This document shows positions 1-12,570 of a stretch of DNA of 64,000 bases, in pieces; the first letter of the stretch is position 1; every line of letters starts with the position of its first letter. The stretch comes from Octopus bimaculoides (Eukaryota). The notes under the pieces are model-generated. The model had not been told where the DNA came from. It did no database searches and worked only from the letters and a program-made list of their open reading frames with translations. The stretch is from the NCBI RefSeq assembly GCF_001194135.2, contig NC_068986.1, positions 74,435,493-74,499,492 of the forward strand, in the 5' to 3' direction. Position numbers and translations under genes: made by a program.

Positions 1-367
1 CAAAAATACCAGCATAGTATTCCACAATAAACCTTACTACCTTCTTTGGGATCTCTGGCAATCTGATTTGTGGGGATTTCAAAGAGGGATGAATGGAATA
101 TGAGGCCCCATGTTTTGAGCATACATACGTAAAATACACCATTTTGAGTGTGGCCGTTGCCAGTACCACCTGACTGGCCTTCGTGCCGGTGGCACGTAAA
201 AGCACCCACTACACTCTTGGAGTGGTTGGCGTTAGGAAGGGCATCCAGCTGTAGAAACTCTGCCAAATCAGATTGGAGCCTGGTGTAGCCATCTGGTTTC
301 ACCAGTCCTCAGTCAAATCGTCCAATCCATGCTAGCATGGAAAGCGGACGTTAAACGATCATGATGA
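1..367 (+). mobile_element. RTE 3' UTR copy. Further copies lie at about 8330-8570, 19090-19280, 32304-32480, 34459-34850, 37803-38172, 42566-42726, 53310-53460 and 56487-56810
   Basis: cgtgccggtggcacgtaaaagcacc...ggttggcgttaggaagggcatccagctgtagaaac...gctagcatggaaagcggacgttaaacgat(gat)n, the same UTR as that linked to the RTE ORF2 ends. Confidence 0.75.
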
Positions 368-713
368 ATGTGAATAAAAAAGCATTATTTTTTACCAAAT
401 ATTGTGAATGCTAAAGGGTTAACCATTATGGGTTCCACTATGCAGTGTTTCCTATTGACAAACTATAAGTTAATTGGTTCTTGTTGATTACCACATATTT
501 TCAATTTAGTTAGTCTACCAAGTATTTCCTTTTCATTGTCCTCTAGGTCAGACTATAACTGTACCTGTGATACTCAGTTTCTACAAGCATATTCCATTGC
601 AACCATATCATTATCCTGGTTTCCATTATTTTCAGCTGCCCTGCTTACTACATCCTATTGTATGCTGTCAGGTTCATCAACAATAATTTCATTGTCATTT
701 GGCAGTGAGGGCT

Positions 714-1103
714 GAGGTGGTGAAGCATGATCTTTGAATGTTAGGCCTCACGGAGGTAATGACAAGTGACCGAGACCGTTGGCAATATGTAATACTTGAG
801 AAGACTCATCAAGCCCAGTGAAATCATAGTCTTCACTGTTGCCAGTGTCATGTAAGTGGCACCCATGAAATCGTAGCCATGGTCATTGTCAGTGTCATGC
901 AAATGGCACCTGGTGGCATGTAAAAAGCACCAATTACACTCTTGGCAGGGTTGGCATTAGGTAGGGCATTTAGCCATAGAAACCATGCCAAATCAGACTG
1001 GAACTTGGTGCAGCCCTCCAGTTTACCAGTACCAGTCAGGCCGTTTAACCCATGCCAGCATGGAAAGCAGATGTTAAATGATGGTGATGATGGTGATGAT
1101 GAT
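714..1103 (+). mobile_element. RTE LINE 3' end: ORF2 terminus + 3' UTR + (GAT)n tail
   Basis: EVVKHDL*MLGLTEVMTSDRDRWQYVILEKTHQAQ*, then a UTR ending catgccagcatggaaagcagatgttaaa(tga)n. Confidence 0.75.
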
Positions 1104-1899
1104 GATTCCAAAAGTTCATTAAAGTCGTGTAGATCTTGCTGTCTTCTCTCCACACTGCACATTGGTTCTTCAATTTCTTATTTCTTTACTGTCCACAAGG
1201 GGCTACACACAGAGGGGACAAACAAAGAGATTAAGTCGATTATATTGACCTCATTGTGTAACCGNNNNNNNNNNNNNNNNNNNNNNNNNNNNNNCCAGCA
1301 TGGAAAGCAGATGTTAAATGATGGTGATGATGGTGATGATGATGATTCCAAAAGTTCATTAAAGTCGTGTAGATCTTGCTGTCTTCTCTCCACACTGCAC
1401 ATTGGTTCTTCAATTTCTAAAACAATAAGATTATTTCTTTTTCTGTATAACACAGAGATGGTACATAACAGATATTCATTCACATTGATCTCAAACATTT
1501 CTTTTTTTTTTTTTTTCTGATGCCATGTTTGAAGCCAAGACATTTCGGCTACAAAGACCAGCCTTGTCAGCTATCAACTTTTGACCAGCATTTTCCATAT
1601 TCAAATTTCACCTGCCATGTCCAACCACAGGTATTCCAGTTACCGTCTTGGGATTCTCTTCAACAGTCCCGTATCCTTGGCATTGCTCGCTAAGACAGTA
1701 TAGCAGCACTAGATGGATTGCCAGCTAAGAAATCATCATCATCATCATCATCGTTGTTGTTAGAATTATTATTATTATCATTATTATTATTCCTACCTTA
1801 GTTACCACCACCGTTCCTTTATCCCCCCCCCCATTATCACCACAACCACTACTGCTGACTTGTAACTCTCACATTCTGCTACCCTCCTCACATCTACCA

Positions 1900-2066
1900 C
1901 TGCCGCTCCACCACCCCCATATCCTATTAACCCCATTCATTCACCACCACTACTACTACTACTAGTACTACTTTTGTTGCTGCTACTACTTCTATCATTG
2001 TTACTCTCACTATCACTACTACTATTATTAGTACAATGCGAGCACTTACCATTATTGCAGCTGCTG

Positions 2067-2109
<43 letters not shown>

Positions 2110-3060
2110 GACTACTACGACTACTACTGTTTCTACCACAACCACCCCAAATACCACCACTAACGTTACCAAAGTACAACCACCACCACTAGTTACTACT
2201 ACAACTACTGCTGCTGCTGCTACTACTACTACTCTTACTTCTACTTCTCAAACCTCCCCTATCATCTTCCAGTCTTTCCCCTACCCTACCTGTTGTCCCT
2301 CCATCAGTCATTATTTTCATTATTTCCTTTTATCTTTCCCATCTTTTTAATTGCCACATCATCACACATCACCTCATGTTGTTGTTGTTGTTGTTGTGCA
2401 TCATCGTTATTGTCATCTCAGTCATCATCATCATCATTACCATCATCGTCACCATGATCATCATCATCTTCATCATCATCATCCTCATCATCATCACCAC
2501 CACCATCAGCATGATTGGCATTATCATCATCATCATTAATACCATTGCCACAACCACCACCACTACCACCACCACCACCACCACCATCATCATCATAACC
2601 ACCATCACCATCATCATTACCATCATCATCATCATCATCATCATCACCATCATGATCATTACCATGACGACGACGATGACGACGACCACCACCACCATCA
2701 TCGTTACGACGATAGCGACGACGACGACCACCACCATCATCATCATCACTATTACCACCACCACCACCACCACCATCATCATCAGTATTGTCATCACCAC
2801 TGTCAGTACCACTATAATCATGATTGTCTGCATTATCACCATCATAATCACATCATCATCACCACTACCACCACCACCATCATCATCAATACCATATCAC
2901 CGACATTAACATGGGTGAGCAACATGAGGCTTTATAGTGCTGGGACTTGTCATCCTTGTTGCTGCTGCTAATGCTGTTGCTACTGTTGCTACAGCCGCTG
3001 CTGCTGCTGCTAATGCTACTGTTGCTAACACATCTTATTTAATACCCTAAATTATTGCAT
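1900..3060. repeat. Compound trinucleotide microsatellite field (ACT/ACC/CAT/GCT)
   Basis: Directly visible; explains the poly-T/H/I/V ORFs. Confidence 0.95.
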
Positions 3061-3114
3061 TACCACTGTTATTGCTCTTGATGTTGCCAGTTATTGATGT
3101 TGTCAATATATGCT

Positions 3115-3423
3115 CTTGCTTTCTCTCTCTCTCTCTCTCTCTGCCCCTCTCTCTCTCTCACTCTCTCTCTAACTCTCTCTCTCTTTCTCTCTCTGTCTCC
3201 TTCTGTGTCTCCTCACTGTATGTCTATATCCCTCTGTCTTCTTTTTCTCTCATGCTCTCTTTTCACAAGAAGTCTGTTTCTCCCTGTTTACCTCTCCCTG
3301 TCCTCTCTCCCTCTCTCTGTCTCTCCCTCTCTCTGTCTCTCCCTCTCTCTGTCTCTCCCTCTCTCTGTCTCTCCCTCTCTCTGTCTCTCCCTCTCTCTGT
3401 CTCTCTCTCTCTCCTCGCTCTCC

Positions 3424-3454
<31 letters not shown>

Positions 3455-3853
3455 ACAAGTGATAATAGAAGACATAACAAAGAAAAGCAACTGTAACACA
3501 AATACGCATGCACGTATACACAAATTGACACATGCATATACATGTACAGATGCACACACATACAGACAGACACACATGCACACATATATACATGCACATA
3601 CACATACATGCATTTACATTCAGACGTGCCACAATACTCATACATAAATACACTTCCATAAATACATACACAAAATAAAACACTCCCATATCTAAACGCA
3701 CACACATACACATAAATACATACACACATACTGATGAATATACACACATACACTCCTCCACTCCTATGTACATATATATATGTGTGTGCGTGTGTGTGTG
3801 TGTATATATATATATGTATATATACAGGTGTACACTCACACACACAAGCACTA

Positions 3854-3905
<52 letters not shown>
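3115..3905. repeat. (CT)n followed by (CA/TA)n microsatellites
   Basis: Directly visible. Confidence 0.95.
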
Positions 3906-3906
<1 letters not shown>

Positions 3907-3986
3907 TAATATGATCGAAAATACCTCATAGGGTGTTCTGCTGACTCTAATAGTAGAGTTACACATATTTAAAAAAAAATTTTTAA

Positions 3987-4221
3987 TTAGCATTTAAACT
4001 GACCATATCTGGCCCAAATATGCGACCTGTTTTAATGCCCAAACCATACACTGATTGGAATTAGTCATGCAACCTTGTAGCATTGAGATTTCAATGATGT
4101 ATTGCTTATTTTTAGAAATGACATTGTAGAGTAAGTGCGAGAGGCTGGATCTGGCGGCCAGTTGGAACATATAGTAGGAAGAATATTTTGACCAGATATG
4201 GCTGGTTTAAATGCTAATGGG
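3987..4221. mobile_element. TTAA-flanked piggyBac-like MITE
   Basis: About 35-bp TIRs (ttagcatttaaactgaccatatctggcccaaatat / atattttgaccagatatggctggtttaaatgctaa), ending GGG|TTAA. Confidence 0.7.
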
Positions 4222-4225
4222 TTAA

Positions 4226-4654
4226 CACCTTCAATACTAATGCACCTTAGACCATATCTGGTTCTGTGATACAAGCTTCTTGTTTTAAAGGGAATTAAAT
4301 TAAAACCTTACTTCAAAATTTTATGTAAATTTAAGTTCCAAACTGCAACTTAATAATCCTTTCTTCTACAGATTCAAGGTCTCAAATTTTGGGGGAAGGG
4401 ATCAAGTTGATTATAGTGCTCAAGTGGTACTTGTTTCATCTACCCCGAAAAGGATGAAAGACAAAGTTGACTGTGGTGAAAGTCAAACACAGAACATAAA
4501 GACAGACAAAATACTGCTTAGCATTTTGTCCAGTGCTATCTGGACACTTTACAGAAGCTCACGGAGGATAAAATTATTTTACAGATTCTCCGTTATTTTA
4601 AAGATTAATTGAAGCAAAGGCAGCGTATTTCAAAAATATATGGTAACAAAAGGG
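4226..4654. mobile_element. Second TTAA MITE family, containing a SINE insertion (about 4335-4560)
   Basis: Ends ggtaacaaaaggg|TTAA and is the reverse-complement relative of 6682-6900. Confidence 0.6.
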
Positions 4655-5254
4655 TTAAAAACAACTGGCTGCTGATATGTCAAAATCAACATGAGAGTCT
4701 ATAACTAGTAAAAAAAAAAAACTCTGAAAACAACAGGCAAGGGTGGTAACTCAATTAAGATCAGATAATTGAAATTTTTGGAAAATAAATTTGATGCAAA
4801 TTGAACTGGAACTTGTCTTTAACTGGTGAGAGTAACAGACATGTTTTGATTCTTTAAAAAACATTTTACCATTTACCTTCAAATTTTTGAAGCTTCTCCT
4901 TCCCCGTTTTATATTTTTGTTAGTGTTTCATATCTGTTCATATGATGGTGGTGGGATGGGAGCAGGGCTGATATATGTGTGTTTGTGTGTAATTCTGTTG
5001 GTATGTGTGTGTGGCAATTTTGGATTGATGTTATGCATTGCTCTGTGAATTAGTGTGCTTGGGGAAGGTGAATATGTATTTTGTGTGAATGTGAATATGT
5101 GTTGCTGTGTTACTCCTCCTCTTCCTCCTCCTCCTTTTATTTTCTTGACTCTCCCCCTCCACCTCTGCCCTGGTGTAAGGTTATTTACTTTTATTCCAAA
5201 TGTCTTTATACAACTAGCATTAACTCATTAACTCAGATTGACAGCTAATGTTTT

Positions 5255-5790
5255 CACCATCACCACCACCACCACCACCACCACCACCACTACTAACAAC
5301 ACTGTCACCACTACCATTACCATCATAACTATCACCACCACTGCCATCACTGCCACCACTACCACCACCACAACTACTATTAGAACCCCCACCACTACTA
5401 CTATCACTACCACCACCACCACCACTACCATCATAACTATCACCACTACTGCTATCACTGCCACCCTACTACTACTACTATCACCACCACCACAATACTA
5501 TTACTACTACTGCCTCCAGCAGATACTTGCTACCACCACTGCCACAATTACCACCACCACTATGCCACCACCACAACCACCACCACCACCACTTCTGATA
5601 CTATTATTTTTGTCGTCCATAAGATTTAATTAATATATTTAATAAAAGTGGGGAGAAAAATATATAGCGAAAGTGAGAGAGAGAGAGAGAGAGAGTGAGA
5701 GAGAGAGTGAGAGAGAGTGAGAGAAAGTGAGTGAGAGAGAGAGTGAGAGAGAGAGAGAGAGAGAGTGAGAGAGAGAGAGAGGGAGGGGCA
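5255..5790. repeat. (ACC/ACT)n and (AG)n microsatellites
   Basis: Directly visible. Confidence 0.95.
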
Positions 5791-6681
5791 AGGGCAACTT
5801 TGAAGTTGTGGTTAAATTGTTCAGCAATTGCTGACAGGGCAAACTATGGTCACATGGTTAGTGACATCATCGGTATCTTTTTTGTGTATGATCAAGCTAT
5901 AGCTGTGGTAGCAATGGTTGTGGTGGTGGTGGTGGTGGTGGTATTGACACTGGTTAAATGAAGTCATCTTTGACTCAGTGAACTTGCAGTTTGATACTGT
6001 TTTTACTCTTCTCAGAGTTTGCTGTGCTATGTCATTTGTTTCCCTAAGGCCTTCCTCTCTCATGTCTTGGCTTTGAATTTTCATTGATACTACTGCACCT
6101 AGATAGAGATATTGGCCCTATGCAAACCCATTTTTACCTCTGGGAAGCAGTCTTTATTAATCTGTTGTGTATGATAGACCCTACCAGGAATTTGTACTCC
6201 GCTGACATAGCTATCAGAATCCTTGGAGTATATAAGCCACGACACCACAACAAAGACTGGATATTGTGGTGGTCATAGTCCAGTTGGTACCCAATATTTT
6301 CTTAGAATGGATAAGGCTTTTTCTGACAAATTACAAAGGGAACTTGTTGCTGCTTTCCCCTGGAAATCAAATTTAACCACAGAGGAAATTGGACTCTTGT
6401 TTACAGTGGGGGGGGGGGGGCATTTTGAGAGTTGAATATCACAGATACATCTATACATGAATGTAGACAGGGAAGAATTCCCATACTTCTAACTAATCTA
6501 CCATTTAAGTTGTCAAAGCTCCCAGTTCATGCAGGCTTCTGCACAGTTTCCGACTTGTAATTCCTTTTTGTAAGGCTTTGATTTACCCATAGCATTAGCA
6601 GAAGACACTTACCCAAGATTCTGCATAGAGAGATTGAACAAAGACACACGTGTTTGTAGAACTTTGAGGTCCACTCTTTAA

Positions 6682-6900
6682 CCTTGTGTTACCGTATTTC
6701 TGTCGACATAAACTGCTTTTGTTTCAATTAATTTTGAAGATAATGAAGAATTTAGTAAAATAACCTTCTCATTGTTAAGCTGGGGTTTTAAACAAGTTAG
6801 AATAAAATTTTGATGGAAGATTATAATTTAGACCACTTTAAAGCCTTAAATTTATGTCTTAGAACTTGGGGCAGTCTCGAGTGAGCTGGTATCAGAAGGG
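6682..6900. mobile_element. TTAA MITE (second family)
   Basis: TTAA|ccttgtgttacc ... ggtatcagaaggg|TTAA. Confidence 0.65.
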
Positions 6901-8711
6901 TTAATTATATTCCCTATTATGATTGTGTTTACTATGAACCTGACATCTAATTGAAATATCAGCAGTTCATAATTGGAATTTGGTACTACAGAGTGATAGA
7001 GTTCACCTCTGTTTGCAGTGATGTTAAGAATGAATGTTTTGTAGTTGTGCTGAATATGCAAGGAAAGTAACTTATAGTAGACTATATACAGGCAGTTATA
7101 TATAAACATAACTTGTCATTCACTTCAAGTTATAGGAACAGAAGTACCAGCTTTGTGATGTTATGAACAAAGGAACTTCTAAGTGATCATTCAACACATC
7201 AGAAAAAAAGCAGTCGAATTTTTCTTAGATAACACTACCACTTTATAACGGAAAGGAAAATCTGAAAAACAAAAAAAAGTGTTGGTTGTCATATCTGGAA
7301 CATTTCTGATATGATGCTAGTTCAATCAATACTGACCAAACAGCAATCATGTAAACCCTATGTGATTCAAAGGCTTTAGCTTATTGTTGACTTCCAACTA
7401 CTTTTCCCTGTTTTTAGGTTACCCGACTGAACGTCTCCTGTACACTTAGTTGTGAGGTGACATGGCATATTTAATGTTCTATAATCCTGCTGGTGGTCAA
7501 TTGACTTACTTAATCAAGATCAACTTGCTTTAATCAAGACCAACTGACTTGTTATAATAAAATACCTTTGTCTTTTTTTTTACCTTTCCTATCAAAGTGA
7601 CCTGCTTAACATACCTTAAATCAATTACAAGAATTGTTGTTTGGTCAGTTATTCTATTTGTTAACCCACAGAATGAACATAACTTATTTATTACCATTAT
7701 TATAAAACTGTTCATATAACATTATTATATAACAATTCATAAATCTCCTCTTTGGTCTTGTACTGATTCTATAAGCTAGATGCTTGAAGCCCTCATCAGA
7801 AGTCTCATGTATGCACCATCAAAGCAATCCTGAAGCTCCTTCTTCATAGACCAAGCTTTAAAGAAGAATGTTCTCCACAGACACACCCAGAAGAAGTTAA
7901 CCCTTGGACTTTAAAATACTGGATTGCCGGATGTTTTGAAGCTTGATACTGGCTCTTCAAGCTTGTCCATCCATCTTTCATTATTATTGCTGAGTGCAAG
8001 GTAGGCTTTGCTGGCCACTGGTCTTGTGCTGAACAACAGGCCTTATAAGATGCTATATTTTGCAGAGTTTTACACTGTAGTGCTCGATGAGGGCCACTCA
8101 GCTGTATTGATATTGTTGCTAGGGAGATAGATTTCTAGATAGTATGGTGAAACACATCTGCTTGGTGCAGGTGTAGTTGTATGGTTACGTTTGGTTCCCA
8201 ACCACATGGCTTTAGGTTCAGTATCACTGCACAGGGAAATGTATTCTATAGCCCCATGCTGACCAAAACATTGTGAGCTGATTTGATAGACAGAAGCTGA
8301 AAAGAAGCCCTTCATGTTTATATATGGTGCTGGTGCCATATAAAAAGCACTGGTGATGGAGCCACAAAAAAAAGCACTGGTGATGGTACCATGTAAAAAG
8401 CACCCTGTACACCCCGTAAAGTGGCTGGCATTAGGAAGGGCATCCAGCTGTTGAAAGTATACCGAAACTAACTATGGAACTAGCTGTAGTTCTTGGCCTT
8501 GCCAGCTCCTGTCAAACCATCCAACCCATGCCAGCATGGAAAACAGACATTAAATGATGATGATGATGAGTCTGGATGTGGTCGTTTGTATGTTTGTGTC
8601 TCTTTATTTTGATATTACATAATAGTTGTAAAATGACTGTCACTGTCATACAAACGGTGTCATTCATTCCCAGTATTCTTCAAGATCATGACTGGCTATG
8701 GGGAAACCATT

Positions 8712-9072
8712 GTTGTTGGCACTCCGTCGCTTACGACGTCGAGGGTTCCAGCTGATACGATCAACGGAACAGCCTGCTCGTGAAATTAACGTGCAAGTGG
8801 CTGAGCACTCCACAGACACATATACCCTTAACGTAGTTCTCGGGGATATTCAGCGTGACACAGTTTGACAAGGCTGACCCTTTGAATTACAGGCACAACA
8901 GAAACAGGAAGTAAGAGTGAGAGAAAGTTCGCCACCATCCCCTGCCAGAGCCTCGTGGAGCTTTTAGGTGTTTTCGCTCAATAAACACTCACAACGCCCA
9001 GTCTGGGAATCAAAACCGTGATCCTATGACCGCGAGTCCGCTGCCCTAACCACTGGGCCATTGCACCTCCAC
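8712..9072 (-). mobile_element. tRNA-Arg-like SINE (resembles the octopus OR-type families)
   Basis: The minus-strand head reads gtggaggtgcaatggcccagtggttagggcagcggactcgcggtcatagg...gtttgattccc, with a 12-bp TSD GGGGAAACCATT (8700-8711 / 9073-9084). Confidence 0.85.
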
Positions 9073-9526
9073 GGGGAAACCATTAACTTGTATGGAAACA
9101 GATGAAGGTTGACAACAGGAAGGGCATCCACATGTAGGAAGAGAATTTGCTTCAATAAAACTTTGATCTATGCAAGCATGGAACAGTGGGCATTAAAACA
9201 ATGACGATGATGATGACAATGACAACAACGACAACAATGATGATGAAGATGATCTGTTGCTGCTTGAAAAGATATACCTATTAACCATTGTTACCCATCC
9301 ATTGCATAAAACTATTATACATCCATCAGTATATAATTACACCAATATATTGTTCACATGAAATAATAATATATCATCTATTGGTTTATTACTATTGTTC
9401 ATTTAACAATTGTTATATTGATAATTAAATAGGTTTTTATTTCAACAAATTTTTATCTGAGATAAAAAGCATCCTTCATTTACCAAAACCAGAAGTGGAA
9501 AAAGGGGAATGAAATAAAATAGTCTA

Positions 9527-9688
9527 GGTACAGGCATGGCTGTGTGGTAAGAAACTTGCTTCCCAACCACATGGTTCCAGGATCAGTCCTATTGTGTGGC
9601 ACCATAGGCAAGTGTCTTTTAATATAGCCTCAGGCTGACCAAAACCTTGTGAATGGATTTGGCAGATGGAAATTGAAAGAAGCCCATC

Positions 9689-9731
<43 letters not shown>

Positions 9732-9873
9732 GCTTCTTCCAGTTTCCATCTGCCAAATCCATTCACAATAGTGGTTTATTGTGGATTTTTTTCATATCGA
9801 AAAACGACAAGCTGAAAAAAAGTACTTTTTATATTCCATGGTAACTCTTGTATATACATACATATATAGATAA

Positions 9874-9912
<39 letters not shown>

Positions 9913-10135
9913 TTTATGTATCTTTGTTTGTCCACCCACTGCTTAACAAGCAGTGTTAGTGTATTTACATTCCCCATAACTTAGCAATTCGGCAAAAAGG
10001 GACTGATAGTATAAGTACTAGGCTTAAAATTTAAAAAAATAGTCTGAGTTGTTCGCCGTAAACTCTTCAAGGCAGTGCCCCAGCATGGCCACAGTCAAAT
10101 GACTGAAACAAATAAAAAAAAACAAAAAGATAAAA
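9527..10135 (+). mobile_element. SINE family A copy with an internal inverted duplication
   Basis: Head 9527-9690, (AT)n, inverted arm to 9768, tail 9910-10135. Confidence 0.8.
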
Positions 10136-12399
10136 ACTAATAAGCACACAAACAATGCTTCACAAGCCTGGCCACATCATCTGATCCATTTTTATATCGC
10201 TTGTTCTTATATAGCATTTTTATGCAACAATTATTTATGTGTCCATTGTTATATAACTGCATAAATAACCGTTGTTGTATAACACTGTTATATATCATTG
10301 CTTGAACACTGATATTACATAAACACTGTTTCATAACCGTTGTTATGCTGTTTGTTATTGTTATATAATTGATGTCGTGTGTCAAAGTTATATAATGATG
10401 GCTTATATAACCGCAGTAATATAACAGTGTTCATTTAGCTGTTGCTATATAACAGAGAGAGAGTGACAACTTGAATTACCCCCTTCTTCTTTTTCTTTTT
10501 CTTCTTCTTTTTCTTCTTCTTCTTCTTTTTCTTCTTCTCGCTCTCTCTTTCATTATCAAATATTTTCTTGCTGCCCCTCACTCCTTTCCCCCCGTAGTTC
10601 CCTCCTCCACCTCTACCTCCTCTTCTGCATTTTCCATTTTGTCTCTACCTCCTGCCCTTCTCCTCCCCCATATGTAACCTTTAGTTTCATTTTCCTCTCT
10701 TCCCCTCTCTTACACCTAACCTTAGTTCCTCTCTTTCCTCGCTCTCCCACATCTAGCCTTTAAATTCCATCATCCCATGTTTACCATTTTCTATGACTTT
10801 CTGACTCATTTCTCTCACTCTGCATTCCTTCCATTTTCCACCCTCAAACCTATATAACCCCCACCTCTGTCTGCTTGTGCAGTGTGGATTCTTATGGAAT
10901 TCAAGACATCCTCACTAGTGCCAGCACCCTGATAAAATGCACTCAGTACACCCTTTAAAGTGGTCGGCATCATAAGTTTGAGAGGAATCTAGTCTTATAA
11001 AGGACATTACACCCACTCTACTGCTGGCACCATGATAAAATGCACACAGTATATTTTATAAAGTGGTTGGTGATAGAAAGGACATTTAATCATAGATAGA
11101 AAGCTAAAAATAATATAATACAAGTAAGACATCATCTGCTGACCCAGGTAGGAGGCCAGTAACTCCAAAAAACTAACTAAGAGCATGACTAATTATTGAA
11201 CCCACAACAGCATAGAAATTGGGTGTAACATGGTGATGGTGGCAGTGGTGGTAGCAGCACCTTAGTCAAATTTCTTTCATAGGTCCAGGGTATGATATCT
11301 ATATCTTGAAGTGAATTTAGCTATAAAAGCATTGGATTAAAAATTGCATAAAATGATTGGGTGGGGTTGAGAAGCAGAAAGTTTTCTGCTTTTTTCATCT
11401 CCAAAGGGTTTGTAACCCAATGCTTATTTATTTATAAACTATTTATTTATAGCTGAACTCATTTCACGACACATCATTAATTAACACTTATTTGCATATT
11501 TCTTCATGCTTCTTCTACATGTGTGCACATGTATACCACAACCACCACCACCATCATCATCATCACCACCACCACCACCACCATCATTGTTTCAATACCC
11601 ACTTTTCTGTGTTTGTGTGGATCAGACAGCATTTGTTGAAGCAAATTTTCTACAGCTGGATCCCCTTCCTTTCACCAACCCTCACCTGTTTTTTTCCAAG
11701 CAAGGTAATATTTCTCTATGGCCAGATGTGTTTTCACAGATAATTGGAAACGAAGGAAATGAAAGACATTGCTTGCTTGTTGGTAAAATTCAATTGCAGT
11801 TAATACATGATATCAAGACAAAGAGACACCTGCATGTACACACACGTATACACACACATGTATTTACACAAACAGATGGCAGGTTTCTTTCAGTTTTCAT
11901 CTACCAGTTCCACTTACAAGATTTCTGGTCAACCTAGGGCTATAACAGAAGACACTTGTCCTTGGTGTCACACCACCACCACCACCATGTTGCATGCACT
12001 TTCTATTCTGGGATGGATTCAACTGGTCATCATGATCCTAGGTGAGGACACCCGCTGGTATTCTCATACATACGGCCTCCACTGCTCCCTTATAAATACA
12101 TATGCACACACATACATCAGTATGCAGGCACACATCTATTCTTCACGCACATACACACACCTCCTAAAATATTTACTTTCACACTATAAATCTAACTATT
12201 ACTCCCATACACCAACATCCCACTCTCCCAATGTAGCCCCATGCATGCACACCTCTATGCACATACATATACCATACTAACACACACACCAATCCACATT
12301 TGCACCCACTTCTAGACAAAAATACACTCTTATACTGGTATCTGCAGATCTCTCACTTCCACCTTTCTTAAATATCCTTATATCTTGTTTCTAACCCTT

Positions 12400-12570
12400 T
12401 ACCTTTTTTAATCACTAACTATCTTTTTTTCTCACTCCTCCTCTGCTTCATTTTTCATTATTCTGATGAAGGACAAATGTCCCAAAAGTTATGACACTAT
12501 CTCTTTCCATTAATGTGTTAAACTAATACTTTATTTGTCAAACTTTGTTCTTCATTTGTTATCCTTTTTA
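12400..12570 (+). mobile_element. PLE pseudo-LTR-like remnant with a degenerate hammerhead (12463-12490)
   Basis: CTGATGA a GGAC aaat GTCC caaaa gtt. The downstream gtgttaaactaatac resembles gcgttatactaatac after the 63.1 kb copy. Confidence 0.5.

Noticed and set aside
1927-3993. Long low-complexity ORFs (poly-T/H/I/V/S/ER)
   Set aside because: They are translations of tri- and dinucleotide microsatellites, with no coding signal.
6084-6435. ILGVYKP / DPTR endonuclease-like words
   Set aside because: Motif order is inconsistent with an APE domain, so this is unsupported.
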